Positions 48,827-58,808 are shown, counted from the first letter of the stretch. The stretch is DNA of 64,000 nucleotides from Myxococcota bacterium (GCA_963676915.2 CAXXVK010000027.1:69797-133796); one strand, 5' to 3'. The notes: a model not told the origin generated them from the sequence alone. Numbers and translations: made by a program.

Positions 48827-51268
48827 ATGAAGCAAGCAGACGATTTCCTGAAGGGTCGGTTGAGGAACCGATTCCCTGCGGGATTTTACCTGTTTGTTCT
48901 TGTTTTATCATGTTTTTGTGCCGGTTATTTCTTTTCGTTACCTACGGCTTTCGCTTCGGATTCCTGCCGACCGGAGGCGATTGAACGGCGTTTCGAGAGC
49001 GAGCAGGGCGACCACCTGCTCAAGCTGACGTTTCCGGGTACGGGAGCGGCTGTCAGCTATGGAACGTCCTCGGATCGGGCGGACTTCGTTTTCTGGTTCG
49101 CCTTTCTTCCCAACGGCGATCTGGCAACATCTTTTCATGGTCGCGATACGGGAACACCTGCCGAAAAATCCCGCTGGAAAGCCGAGCATGACCGTCTTGC
49201 CCGATGGGTCGGCGAACAGAAAAACTGGCATGCCTGCACCAACCTGCAAACGACGAATTACCAAGCGCTGGACTGGGATCTGTTGTTGGGTACCGGGACG
49301 TCCGAGTCTTTTATCGGTATAGGCCAGACCATGGTATTTTTACTACTTGGCGCGTGGCCTTTGTATTTTGCGTTGTTGATCGTGGCTTTCGTGCAACGAA
49401 CCCGACGCTTTCCCAAAGAAAGTCTGATCGGAGTCGGATTGGTTGCGCTGGGTCTGGCGATTCGCCTGTTGAGTTCCGAGCGCCTGCCCATTCTCTCGGC
49501 CAGTGCCGATTTCACCTACATCCGACTGGTCACCGCTCTGTTCGAGCAGGGATTGGGTGCCGATGTCCCGGTGACGCCTCCGTATCTTCCCGCTTATCCG
49601 GTGTTGTTGTACGAACTGTTCCGGTTTGTCGCACGTTCACCGGAATTTGCGTTTTTTATCACCACGTTTTTCGGAGCCTGGACGCTCTGGCCGGTTTTTC
49701 GAGTCGGAAAGCATCTGAGTGGTTCGCGAAAGGGCGGACTTTTCGCAGCGCTGGCGCTGGCTTGTTATCCAACGTCGATTTACTTTTCCAACGGTATCAA
49801 TCTGATGATTCCCGCCGCCTTTTTGCTGGCGATGAATTTTATGCATTTCTTGGATGGCTTGGAGAAAAATACCTGGAAAAACCACGGTTTGTACGTGCTT
49901 TCTTTGTTTCTTCTCGTTCATTGCCGCTCCGATGTCATGGGTTTGGCCGTGTTTGTGGTCCTGATCCAAGGATTCATCGTCTGGGACAAGCACGCCTGGT
50001 CCGAAAGCCTTCGAAAATGGCCGGTGTTCCTGCTTGGCGCGGTTGCGTTGATTCCTTTGATACTCAGCCTGGGCGATACCGCCGCCGAGTATTCGTGGCA
50101 TGTTGCGAGCACGATGGAGCGGTTTCGGTGGGCGTTTCTGGTCGCCTGTGGGCTGTGTGTCGGGGTTGTCCTGGCCGGGAGATTTCTTCCTGTTTCGAAA
50201 AAACTCGATACCGCTATTGTGCTGTTTGTCAGCCTTGCAGCGGTGATGCTGCTGGTTTCGACGATAAAACATTATCCAGGAAATCCTCTGTCTCCACAGC
50301 TATTTACGTTTGCCGATACGCCCCATACCGTTTATTACGGCAACGCCGAGAAAATCCCGACGGGTTTTCTTACAGGCTCGTTGTTTTCGTTCATCGCTTC
50401 CCCCGCGCTGTTTCCTTTGTTGATGATTCCGCTTTGGATTTTCTCGCTCTGGCCCAAGCGAACACCCGAGAAAACCACACTTTCCGTGGTGGCTATCCTG
50501 CTGTTTTCCTTGCCGTTTTTCAACAAAGCACTAACGTCGTTTTTGCAGACCGGCATTGTGATGGCCGAACCCGCCCGCTACCTGCTTCCCACGTCACCTC
50601 TGATCGCGGCAAGCATCGGATTGGGTGCCTGGAACGTGCGGGAGCGCTTCTCCGGTCGTGCAGGACAAGCCGTTACGGTCGTGTTGGTGGCGGTGCTTTT
50701 GTCGCCGCTTTGGACGAACCGGGAATTGCTGGCCGATACCCGGCACAATCCCCAGAACCAGTACGACTTCGTTCGAAAAGCGGTCGATCTCCTGCCGGAT
50801 CGGGCCATGTTGCTCTACCCGAGTCATTGCATCGATTCGACGTATTTCGACAAAATCTCGCGAGTGGACGATGTGATCGACCGGTCGGTGGATCTCATCC
50901 GGGGAGTGAGCTTCTTTGAGCGAAAAGAACCGACATTGATGGATTGGCAGCGCTTCGAAAAAGAAGCGATTCCCGACGGTAGCGACGTATATTTTCTACG
51001 AACCGCCGGATGTGCGTACGTTTTATCTCCGGCTGCCGAGCATCCCTATTGCCAGGCGGTCAACAACCTGTCCGGGCACTCCGTCCTTCTGACCGCTACG
51101 GTTCCCAACCGAAAGTACTCCGGCAGCGAAATCCTCGATGTAGCTACAAACGTGGATTCACTGACTTTTTCCCTCGTTCGCCTCGATACCGAAGCCGCCC
51201 GCAAGCTGCAACGTTTCGTTCGTGAACACCGTGAAGTGCTGGGATGTCCGGCCGATTCCGGGAAGTAA
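48827..51268 (+). CDS. Polytopic membrane glycosyltransferase-like protein (GT-C; ArnT/PMT-like)
   Basis: More than 10 TM helices; acidic residue after the first core TM (SASADFTY), YLPAYP, RYLLP and a C-terminal periplasmic domain. Confidence 0.6.
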   Translation: MKQADDFLKGRLRNRFPAGFYLFVLVLSCFCAGYFFSLPTAFASDSCRPEAIERRFESEQGDHLLKLTFPGTGAAVSYGTSSDRADFVFWFAFLPNGDLATSFHGRDTGTPAEKSRWKAEHDRLARWVGEQKNWHACTNLQTTNYQALDWDLLLGTGTSESFIGIGQTMVFLLLGAWPLYFALLIVAFVQRTRRFPKESLIGVGLVALGLAIRLLSSERLPILSASADFTYIRLVTALFEQGLGADVPVTPPYLPAYPVLLYELFRFVARSPEFAFFITTFFGAWTLWPVFRVGKHLSGSRKGGLFAALALACYPTSIYFSNGINLMIPAAFLLAMNFMHFLDGLEKNTWKNHGLYVLSLFLLVHCRSDVMGLAVFVVLIQGFIVWDKHAWSESLRKWPVFLLGAVALIPLILSLGDTAAEYSWHVASTMERFRWAFLVACGLCVGVVLAGRFLPVSKKLDTAIVLFVSLAAVMLLVSTIKHYPGNPLSPQLFTFADTPHTVYYGNAEKIPTGFLTGSLFSFIASPALFPLLMIPLWIFSLWPKRTPEKTTLSVVAILLFSLPFFNKALTSFLQTGIVMAEPARYLLPTSPLIAASIGLGAWNVRERFSGRAGQAVTVVLVAVLLSPLWTNRELLADTRHNPQNQYDFVRKAVDLLPDRAMLLYPSHCIDSTYFDKISRVDDVIDRSVDLIRGVSFFERKEPTLMDWQRFEKEAIPDGSDVYFLRTAGCAYVLSPAAEHPYCQAVNNLSGHSVLLTATVPNRKYSGSEILDVATNVDSLTFSLVRLDTEAARKLQRFVREHREVLGCPADSGK

Positions 51269-51296
51269 TCGACAAAGTTTTTTCTATGAATCTCGC

Positions 51297-51450
51297 GTAG
51301 GTCGGGCAAATTTTTTGCCCGACACAGGCAATTGGCAAACCCCACTTTGAACCATTTTTCGTCTGTAACTTATTGAAATTGTTGAAGCTCAAAAACGACA
51401 AAACCCTTTGTCAGCAAGCAGGGGTCGAGCAAGAAATTTGCCCGACCTAC
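51297..51450. repeat. GTAG-type REP inverted pair (family A)
   Basis: GTAGGTCGGGCAAATTTTTTGCCCGAC at 51297-51323; inverted copy at 51424-51450. Confidence 0.85.
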
Positions 51451-51613
51451 TACTAGTTTTGAAAAACAGACCGATCTTTGGGTTTGAATCGCGAAATCGT
51501 AAAAGGCCGGATGGTATGCTTATTTGTCATTTTCGTATAACGAATATAACGCACTGCATTACCGGCAAGCCGAAAAAAAGCTGGCGTGACGCGAAGATAT
51601 TCGCAATCAAATG

Positions 51614-51642
51614 TTGACGAAATAAGGAATAAATTGTATCCT
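51614..51642 (+). promoter_or_regulatory. Putative sigma70 promoter
   Basis: TTGACG-N17-TATCCT upstream of the lipoprotein genes. Confidence 0.5.
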
Positions 51643-51725
51643 AACGTATCGTTTAAACATCGATTCAGCAACGGAAAGTTCGAAAACCGCAGATTGGGGT
51701 CATGCGCCTGAACGAGGTGGTACAT

Positions 51726-52148
51726 ATGTTCCAACGAACAAGAATCTTTTTCTCTACAATTTCCATGCTCTCCCTTGTGGCGCTGGTTTTGTGCCTTGCT
51801 TCGCTAGGGCTGATTTCCTGCGAATACGAATCCTACGCCGACAACGTACCTCGTGACGAAACCGCTTCCGATGAGGATACCTCTTCTTCGACCGGAGGAG
51901 ATACCGATGTGACCGAAGTCAGCGATGTCGAAGAGTCGGAGGAAATGGAAGACGCCGACACGGAAGAGCTTGAAGAGGATGCCGACGTTTCGGAAGACGA
52001 TAGCATCGAAGCCGATGAAATCGCGGAAGAAAACGAACCCGAGGAAGAACTCGAACCGGAACTGGAGCCGGAAGACGAACCGGAGTTGGAACCGGAACTC
52101 GAAGACGAATTGGAAGAACAGACCGAACAGGAGGAGGAAGCCGCCTGA
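51726..52148 (+). CDS. Highly acidic low-complexity lipoprotein
   Basis: GAGGTG RBS; lipobox LIS-C; mature part is D/E-rich with EPELE repeats. Confidence 0.7.
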   Translation: MFQRTRIFFSTISMLSLVALVLCLASLGLISCEYESYADNVPRDETASDEDTSSSTGGDTDVTEVSDVEESEEMEDADTEELEEDADVSEDDSIEADEIAEENEPEEELEPELEPEDEPELEPELEDELEEQTEQEEEAA

Positions 52149-52261
52149 ACCGATCGCGGCTTTTCAATGGAACTGTTTTTGGGGCTTGAGGCTAACGATA
52201 GGGAAATTTTCCATCGCCAATCGACCCCGAGCCAGGCTTTTTCAACAAAAGGAGATTTGGA

Positions 52262-53122
52262 ATGAAAAGGAAACAATGGTTTGTGATGATGATGGTGCTG
52301 CTTTGCTCGCTGACGCTGATTTTCGCGGGATGCGGTGGCGATGACGACGATGACGATAACAACAATAACAACAACGGCGATGACGACGTGGAAGTTACCG
52401 AAAACACCGGTGACGAAGTGCAGCTTTGCGACTTTATGGGCCTAGTGCGTGACTTCGCTCAGCCGCAATTCCTCGAAGGCATGACCGTTTACATTCTCGA
52501 CAACGACACGGGACAGAAACTGGCGGACTACGAAGGGAAAGTCACGGCAGCGGACGGCTCGTACGAATTCAATCAAATCCCCTGTGGAAAATACGGATTC
52601 CTCGTCGAAGGCAACAAAGATATCGAAAACAAAACCGTCGATACCTACCAGTTCGAGATTCAGGCCGACGCGCAGGACGAAATCATCTGGTCGGTGGACG
52701 AGTTGACCTACGGTGCGGCTCCGGCAATGGCCGGTGTCACCCTGGAAGCGGGTAAAGGCATCGCTGCCGGCGCCGTGTACTGGGTGGATGAGGAAGAAAC
52801 CGAACTTCCCGTCGGTTGCGCTACCGTGACCACCGACCCCGCAAGCACCGACATTCGCTACTTCAGCGATGATCAGCTTCCCACCACTCTGGATGTCCAG
52901 GCCGGTATCAACACGCTCAACGGCTTCTATCTGGCCCCGAACCTTCCCGCCAGCACGACGGGTGAGGAAGTCATCATCACCGCCCATTACGGCGGCGAGG
53001 ACATCGGCACCGTGCGTTTCGTGACCTTCCCGGACGCCATCTGCATCGGCAACATCTATGTCGTCGATAGCTACACGGCCAATCCTTCCGACGAAAGCGG
53101 CAATTGCGTAGCAGCAGAATAA
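52262..53122 (+). CDS. Lipoprotein with poly-D/poly-N linker and beta-sandwich (carboxypeptidase-regulatory-like) domains
   Basis: AAGGAG RBS; lipobox FAG-C; DDDDDDNNNNNN; VTAADGSYEF. Confidence 0.75.
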   Translation: MKRKQWFVMMMVLLCSLTLIFAGCGGDDDDDDNNNNNNGDDDVEVTENTGDEVQLCDFMGLVRDFAQPQFLEGMTVYILDNDTGQKLADYEGKVTAADGSYEFNQIPCGKYGFLVEGNKDIENKTVDTYQFEIQADAQDEIIWSVDELTYGAAPAMAGVTLEAGKGIAAGAVYWVDEEETELPVGCATVTTDPASTDIRYFSDDQLPTTLDVQAGINTLNGFYLAPNLPASTTGEEVIITAHYGGEDIGTVRFVTFPDAICIGNIYVVDSYTANPSDESGNCVAAE

Positions 53123-53136
53123 GAATTAGTTAAGCC

Positions 53137-53164
53137 AACGGGGACGTGAATACACGTCCCCGTT
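53137..53164 (+). terminator. Intergenic hairpin (partial terminator or mRNA stabiliser)
   Basis: Perfect 12-bp stem AACGGGGACGTG/CACGTCCCCGTT with a weak U-tail. Confidence 0.55.
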
Positions 53165-53203
53165 CGTTCCTTTCGACTTCGATCGGTCCCAAGGAGGTTC
53201 GTT

Positions 53204-54928
53204 GTGAGGCAATTGGGAATTTTGGTGGTTTTGATCGGTTTGTGCCTGCCCTTCAAAGCGTTTGCTTTCGGAGAGGAGGAATTCAGCGTTCACGGCTATT
53301 TTCAGCTACAATCCGGTGTGTTCGTGCCGCTGACATCGAATCTTTTTCAGGATCACGAGAACAAAGCCTATTTCGAGTCTCCGATCAAAGGCTACCTCGA
53401 TACCGATCTCCCCTGCGATCCGGTGCGCGGCGTGACCAGTTGCTGGCCCACCGATCACGGCGGAAAAGCGGGGACGCTCTCGATGATGCGTGCCACCGCC
53501 CAGTTGGAGGCCGACTGGCATCCGGCGAAAAAGCTCAATTTGCACGCTATTTTACGAGCGTCGCGTGGGCTGGAACTTCCGGCCGATGATACCGGTGTTC
53601 CTCCCGTGGACATTGCGCCATCCCAGCGCAGGGCATGGATCGCCAACAATTTTTACAATGAATTCGACCTCAGAGAATTTTATCTGGACTATGAAGCCAC
53701 CCGCTGGTTGAGTTTCCGTTTGGGACGCCAGCAAGTGACTTGGGGCACTACCGGTCAATACCGACTGCTCGACGTGATCAACCCGGTGGACAACACCTGG
53801 CACTTCGGACCGCTCGAATCCTTCCAGGACACCCGGATTCCCCTGTGGATCGGTAAAGCGCTGATCGACATGTACGAGATCGACCACAGCCTGGAAATCG
53901 TCTGGGTTCCCGGCATCGACCGCGACGAAGACAGCGTGACGCCTCTGTTGACCTACGTCGGCGCGTGGGGACTTCCCCCGACCAACACGCCGTCCCCGGC
54001 CTACATCGCCAAAAAACGTTTTTTATACCCCAACCGGAACCTCAACGATTCCCGCCTCGGATTCCGCTGGCACGGCAATCTCAGCCCGAAATTCAGCTAT
54101 TCGCTGGTGTATTACTACGGTCACCAACTGTCGCCGCCGGTTCCGCGTTACATCGACTGGATCACCTACGATACGCAGGATTTCGACGCCGATTCTCAGA
54201 CGCTGGTTCCTCGCGAGTACATTCGCCTGACGGACGACGAGTACAAAATGAAAAAAGCCCGGCTGACGCTGGACTTCCCACGGCAGCACATCACCGGATT
54301 CGACATGGAATACACCATCGACAACCCGGTTGGCGCGGTGGTCAAGCTGGAAACCGCTGTGGAACCCGACCGCACCTACGCTCGTCCCAGCGATTTGCAA
54401 CGCACCGAAGATCCCAATATCAAGTTCCGCGAGCACTTCCCGGAAGCGCCCCAGAAACTGGCCGTGAGCTACGCCTTCACCGTCATGCGTCCGACGATGA
54501 TCCGCTTTTTGAATCCCACGACCAACTTCCTGCTGGTCGGACAGTTCATGCACACTTACGTCCACGGCATCGAGGACACCTACTGGTCCCGCAAAGTGGA
54601 CAAGAAAACCAAGGTGCCGCTCAACCGCCGCCGAGACGAGCTGGTCAACATCCCAGGATACAACCAGTACACCGTCAAACCGCATGAATTCAAAGTCATC
54701 GGTGTCGTCGGTACCCGGTATTTCCACGGGGCTTTCGTTCCCCGCGTTGTGGGTGCGTACGTTCATCCGCATTCCGGGTTTATCGCCACGACGTTCGGCT
54801 TCAACATCGGAAACCACGTACGCCTGCGTCTGCAAATCACCGACTTTTTCGGCAAAGATGCGTACAAAGGCGTCGGATTGTTCCGCGACCGGGACGAAAT
54901 CAACCTCCGGATGCGCGTCCAGTTCTAA
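53204..54928 (+). CDS. Outer-membrane porin-like protein (DUF1302-like)
   Basis: AAGGAGG RBS + GTG; signal peptide (AFA); DLREFYLD...RLGRQQVTWG...DVINP; C-terminal Phe. Confidence 0.78.
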   Translation: MRQLGILVVLIGLCLPFKAFAFGEEEFSVHGYFQLQSGVFVPLTSNLFQDHENKAYFESPIKGYLDTDLPCDPVRGVTSCWPTDHGGKAGTLSMMRATAQLEADWHPAKKLNLHAILRASRGLELPADDTGVPPVDIAPSQRRAWIANNFYNEFDLREFYLDYEATRWLSFRLGRQQVTWGTTGQYRLLDVINPVDNTWHFGPLESFQDTRIPLWIGKALIDMYEIDHSLEIVWVPGIDRDEDSVTPLLTYVGAWGLPPTNTPSPAYIAKKRFLYPNRNLNDSRLGFRWHGNLSPKFSYSLVYYYGHQLSPPVPRYIDWITYDTQDFDADSQTLVPREYIRLTDDEYKMKKARLTLDFPRQHITGFDMEYTIDNPVGAVVKLETAVEPDRTYARPSDLQRTEDPNIKFREHFPEAPQKLAVSYAFTVMRPTMIRFLNPTTNFLLVGQFMHTYVHGIEDTYWSRKVDKKTKVPLNRRRDELVNIPGYNQYTVKPHEFKVIGVVGTRYFHGAFVPRVVGAYVHPHSGFIATTFGFNIGNHVRLRLQITDFFGKDAYKGVGLFRDRDEINLRMRVQF

Positions 54929-54950
54929 TCGTATCCCGTCTTGAAACCTC

Positions 54951-54983
54951 AACGCCCGCCGGATGTCCAGCGGGCGTTTTTTT
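54951..54983 (+). terminator. Intrinsic terminator
   Basis: AACGCCCGC/GCGGGCGTT hairpin followed by a T-run. Confidence 0.8.
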
Positions 54984-55069
54984 CGAGGTTTGGTCCAACG
55001 AAGGGATACCATTCCGTTCTTTCTCTGGTGGAACCGAAGTTTGCTTGACGATGGAGCAGGAATGTACCC

Positions 55070-55405
55070 CAATGCCGTTGACTTATGTGAAAAAGCCGTT
55101 TCTGGTGGGTGGCCGGTCTTTGACCGGAGGTCAATGGCCGTGAGATTCCAATAGGTTGCACGGCCATCGATTCCTCGAATCGAAGACCGTGGCACCCACT
55201 ACGAAGCTCTAACCCGGATAATTCATGAGAAATCGTCGCGAGACGCTGAAAACCGATGATATTTCGCGAAGTTGGAACGATTTTTTAACGGAAGCAACCT
55301 TGACAGTATGTTGAGTATAAAAAATCGGGAAACGAGTGAAAGATCGAGGATTTTCAAGTCGCAGCAGGTTTTTCATGAATTTTCCGGACTAAGTCAACGG
55401 CATTG
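55070..55405. mobile_element. Non-autonomous MITE with IS4-like ends
   Basis: Perfect 16-bp TIR CAATGCCGTTGACTTA; degenerate 11-bp flanks GGAATGTACCC/GGATTGGTTCC; no transposase. Confidence 0.65.
55213..55388. mobile_element. Second MITE nested within the first
   Basis: Imperfect TIR (18 of 22 matches, CCCGGATAATTCATGAGAAATC) flanked by a 4-bp direct repeat CTAA. Confidence 0.55.
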
Positions 55406-55648
55406 GGATTGGTTCCTGCTCCAAACATTCATGACTCCAACTCCCCCCGTTCAACTCGGTATTTTCGGAATAAGCATGACATCAGAATGACCCAATAACT
55501 CAAAACCTGAGAAGCAGGAACCAATCCTGCTTCATCTCTGGGTCTGTAAAAATGTCTCATGAAACGATGACGGTTTCATGGAATTTGCTGAAATAATAAA
55601 TGTCAATAAAAACGATAACTTACACGTCATCAAACCCCGCAAAAATGA

Positions 55649-55677
55649 TTGACTTTTTCACGTCCCCAAAGTAGGAT
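55649..55677 (+). promoter_or_regulatory. Putative sigma70 promoter of gyrA
   Basis: TTGACT-N17-TAGGAT. Confidence 0.55.
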
Positions 55678-55751
55678 GAATATACTTTTGAATGGTGCCC
55701 GGTGCTGTGCCGACGCGCCGCGTTATTTCCTGTGAGCGAGAGTATTCGAAC

Positions 55752-58310
55752 ATGTCCAATCAATCCACCGAGATCCCTATCAACATCGTGGACGAGATGG
55801 AGAATTCCTACATAGAATATGCTATGTCGGTCATCATCTCCCGCGCTTTACCCGACGTGCGGGACGGCCTGAAGCCCGTCCACCGTCGCGTGCTCTACAC
55901 GATGTACGAGCAGAAGAATTTCTACAACCAATCCTTCAAGAAATCGGCCCGCATCGTCGGTGACGTCATGGGTAAATATCACCCCCACGGCGACTCCGCG
56001 ATTTACGACACCATCGTCCGTATGGCGCAACCCTGGGCCATGCGCTATGTGTTGGTCAACGGACAGGGTAACTTCGGTTCCATCGACGGCGACTCCGCCG
56101 CCGCCATGAGGTATACCGAAGTCCGTATGATGCGCATTGCCGGAGATATTCTGGCCGATATCGAGAAGGAAACCGTCGATTTCGTCCCGAACTACGACGG
56201 TTCGGAGAACGAACCCAGCGTTCTGCCCAGTCGCGTGCCCAACCTGCTGGTCAACGGTTCGGCGGGAATCGCCGTCGGTATGGCGACCAACATGGCCCCG
56301 CACAACCTCGTGGAGGTCATCAACGCCACGCTGGCTCACATCGACTATCAACGCAAGCTCCAACACGGCGAAATGGAGCCGCTGTCCCAGGAAGAATTGC
56401 TGGACATGATGATGGAGTACGTCAAGGGACCGGATTTCCCCACGGCGGGATTCATTTTCGGTCGCGACGGCATCCGTCAGGCGTACCTCACCGGGCGCGG
56501 CATCGTCAAAATGCGGGCGCGGGCGATTGTCGAGCGCAACTCGCGCAACGACCGGGAATCCATCATCGTCACCGAGATTCCCTACCAGGTCAACAAGGCC
56601 AAACTCATCGAAAAAATCGCCGAGTTGGTCAAACACAAGAAACTCGATGGCATTTCCGATCTGCGCGACGAATCCGACCGCGAGGGTATGCGCATAGCCA
56701 TCGAGCTGAAACGTGACGCCGTAGCGGGCGTGGTGCTGAACAATCTCTACAAGCTGACAGCGATGCAGAGCAGTTTCGGTATCAACAACCTCGCCTTGGT
56801 GGACAATCAGCCCAAACAGCTTTCCCTGGAACGACTGGTGAAGCACTTCATCGACCACCGCCGCGATGTGGTGAGTCGTCGAAGTTACTTCGAATTGCGC
56901 AAAGCCGAGCAAAGAGCGCACATTTTGGAAGGCTACATCATCGCGCTCGACAATATCGACGAGGTGATCAAGCTGATCCGTGCGTCGAAGACGGTCCAGG
57001 AAGCCCGTGAAGGACTGATGCGTCGTTTCAGTCTCTCCCAGTTGCAGGCTCAGGCCATTCTGGACATGCGCTTGCAGCGTCTGACCGGTATGGAGCGGCA
57101 GAAAGTCATCGACGAGTTGACCGAAGTACGCGCCACCATCGAATATCTCAAAGGGATTTTGTCCAGTGAAGACAAATTGTTGGACGTGATCTGCGAAGAG
57201 CTGGTCGATATCCGCGAGCGTTACGGCGACGACCGCCGCACCGAAATCATCCAAGACCCCAAAGAATTTTCGGTGGAAGACCTGATCGTCGAAGAAGACA
57301 TGGTGATTACCGTGTCCCACACCGACTACATCAAGCGCAACGCCATCAGCCTGTATCGTGCCCAGCGGCGCGGAACTCGCGGCAAAACGGGAATGACGAC
57401 GAAGGAAGAGGATTTCGTCTCCAACCTGTTCGTCGCCTCGACCCACGATTACATTCTGGTGTTCACCACCAAGGGCAACCTGTTCTGGCTCAAAGTCCAC
57501 CAGATTCCTCAGGGTGGACGCGCCAGCCGAGGCAAAGCCATCGTCAATCTGATCAACGTCGAAAAGGACGAAGGCATCGCCGCCGTGCTGCCGGTCAAGG
57601 AGTTCAGCGAGAAACAGTATGTGGTGTTCGCCACGGCCAACGGCACGGTGAAAAAAACCAACCTCGTCCAATATTCCAACGTTCGCAACGTGGGAATCAA
57701 GGCCATCGGTCTGGATGACGACGACCGCATCATCGGTGTAGAACTCACAGACGGCCAGAAAGACCTGATTCTTTCGACTCGATTCGGTAAAGCCATTCGT
57801 TTCGCCGAAACGGAAGTCCGGCCTATGGGTCGCACGGCGCGAGGCGTACGTGGTATTTCGCTAGCTAAAAGCGATTCCGTGGTATCCATGGCCGTGATCA
57901 ACGAAGGCACGTCCCTGTTGACCGTCACCGAGAACGGTTTCGGCAAGCGCACGGCCATCGACGATTACCGACGGCAAGGTCGAGGTGGCCAGGGCGTCAT
58001 CACCATCAAAACCACCGAACGCAACGGCGAGGTGGTCGGCGTGCTGATGGTCACCGACGACGACGAAATCATGTTCACCACCGACGGCGGCGTCATCTTG
58101 CGGATGAAGCTCGCCGACGTGCGGATCATCGGTCGTAACACGCAGGGTGTCAAACTGATCCAACTCGGACAGGGACGCCGGGTAGCGGGGCTGGCACTGT
58201 TGGCCGAGCACGACGACAGCCGAGGCGAGGAAACCAAACCCGTCGAAGAGGAAACCTCCGAGCAGCAGGAGTTGTCGCTTGATTCCGGCAATGCCGACGA
58301 CGACGAGTAA
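55752..58310 (+). CDS. gyrA: DNA gyrase subunit A
   Basis: [30 protein letters not shown] active site, GyrA-box-like QRRGTRG, C-terminal pinwheel repeats. Confidence 0.97.
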   Translation: MSNQSTEIPINIVDEMENSYIEYAMSVIISRALPDVRDGLKPVHRRVLYTMYEQKNFYNQSFKKSARIVGDVMGKYHPHGDSAIYDTIVRMAQPWAMRYVLVNGQGNFGSIDGDSAAAMRYTEVRMMRIAGDILADIEKETVDFVPNYDGSENEPSVLPSRVPNLLVNGSAGIAVGMATNMAPHNLVEVINATLAHIDYQRKLQHGEMEPLSQEELLDMMMEYVKGPDFPTAGFIFGRDGIRQAYLTGRGIVKMRARAIVERNSRNDRESIIVTEIPYQVNKAKLIEKIAELVKHKKLDGISDLRDESDREGMRIAIELKRDAVAGVVLNNLYKLTAMQSSFGINNLALVDNQPKQLSLERLVKHFIDHRRDVVSRRSYFELRKAEQRAHILEGYIIALDNIDEVIKLIRASKTVQEAREGLMRRFSLSQLQAQAILDMRLQRLTGMERQKVIDELTEVRATIEYLKGILSSEDKLLDVICEELVDIRERYGDDRRTEIIQDPKEFSVEDLIVEEDMVITVSHTDYIKRNAISLYRAQRRGTRGKTGMTTKEEDFVSNLFVASTHDYILVFTTKGNLFWLKVHQIPQGGRASRGKAIVNLINVEKDEGIAAVLPVKEFSEKQYVVFATANGTVKKTNLVQYSNVRNVGIKAIGLDDDDRIIGVELTDGQKDLILSTRFGKAIRFAETEVRPMGRTARGVRGISLAKSDSVVSMAVINEGTSLLTVTENGFGKRTAIDDYRRQGRGGQGVITIKTTERNGEVVGVLMVTDDDEIMFTTDGGVILRMKLADVRIIGRNTQGVKLIQLGQGRRVAGLALLAEHDDSRGEETKPVEEETSEQQELSLDSGNADDDE

Positions 58311-58347
58311 AAACCGACTGCCGTTAAAACGGTAGATCGTATTTCAT

Positions 58348-58386
58348 GGGGTTCGGACCATACGGTTCGAACCCCTTTTTATTTTG
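58348..58386 (+). terminator. Intrinsic terminator of gyrA
   Basis: GGGGTTCGGACC/GGTTCGAACCCC stem followed by TTTTTATTTT. Confidence 0.85.
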
Positions 58387-58497
58387 TGTAAGTCGGGTGA
58401 AATCCCCCGACAATTTTAGAGAATGCTTTCCGATTGGAGTAGAATGGCATCGGGTGCATCACAAAATAGTGCGACTTTCGTAAAATCCTCTTTTTTC

Positions 58498-58592
58498 GTA
58501 GCGGCGAGGCGTAAGCCCGCCGTTTTTGCCTTTTGAAAGTTGCTTTTACGCCCCCAATCTCCCTTTTCGGCGGGCTTACGCCTCGCCGCTAC
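58498..58592. repeat. GTAG-type REP inverted pair (family D)
   Basis: Perfect 25-bp inverted repeat GTAGCGGCGAGGCGTAAGCCCGCCG (58498-58522 and 58568-58592). Confidence 0.8.
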
Positions 58593-58703
58593 AACCAAAT
58601 GAATGAATGCTTCAATATGGTTCATCCGACTTTCGGGCGCGTGATCAATGAAAAAGAGTGGAAATGGCGTACCCTTCGGGTTGAGTTTGACGATTCATGC
58701 TTT

Positions 58704-58772
58704 GATGGAGCAGGATTGTATCCTGCTTCTCGCGTTTTGTTTGGAGGAGAGAGGATACAATCCCCGTCCATC
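58704..58772. repeat. REP family B inverted pair
   Basis: GATGGAGCAGGATTGTATCCTGCTTC and a degenerate inverted partner at 58746-58772. Confidence 0.75.
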
Positions 58773-58808
58773 GGACGTCGGGTACAGATTCCCTGCCGGA
58801 TAGCCTTC

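Larger units (their letters stand above)
55047..55536. repeat. REP family B/C cluster hosting nested MITEs
   Basis: Family B halves at 55047-55069 and 55406-55422 and an inverted partner at 55511-55536; family C pair at about 55103-55202. Confidence 0.7.

Noticed and set aside
49204-50919. 571-aa alternative-frame ORF inside the GT-C gene
   Set aside because: Arg-rich off-frame composition; the overlapping frame has a coherent membrane-protein pattern
51560-51605. GGCAAG...GACGCGAAG resembling a c-di-GMP-I riboswitch
   Set aside because: Conserved motifs are degenerate, no second stem is evident, and it lies upstream of the predicted promoter
55970-56015. Quinolone-resistance substitution in gyrA
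   Set aside because: The QRDR reads HGDSAIYD, the wild-type-like Ser/Asp pattern
55848-57671. 607-aa ORF antisense to gyrA
   Set aside because: Shadow ORF; no recognisable domain
33727-58772. Dispersed palindromic repeats as a CRISPR array
   Set aside because: They are inverted doublets at scattered sites, not direct repeats with regular spacers; no cas genes
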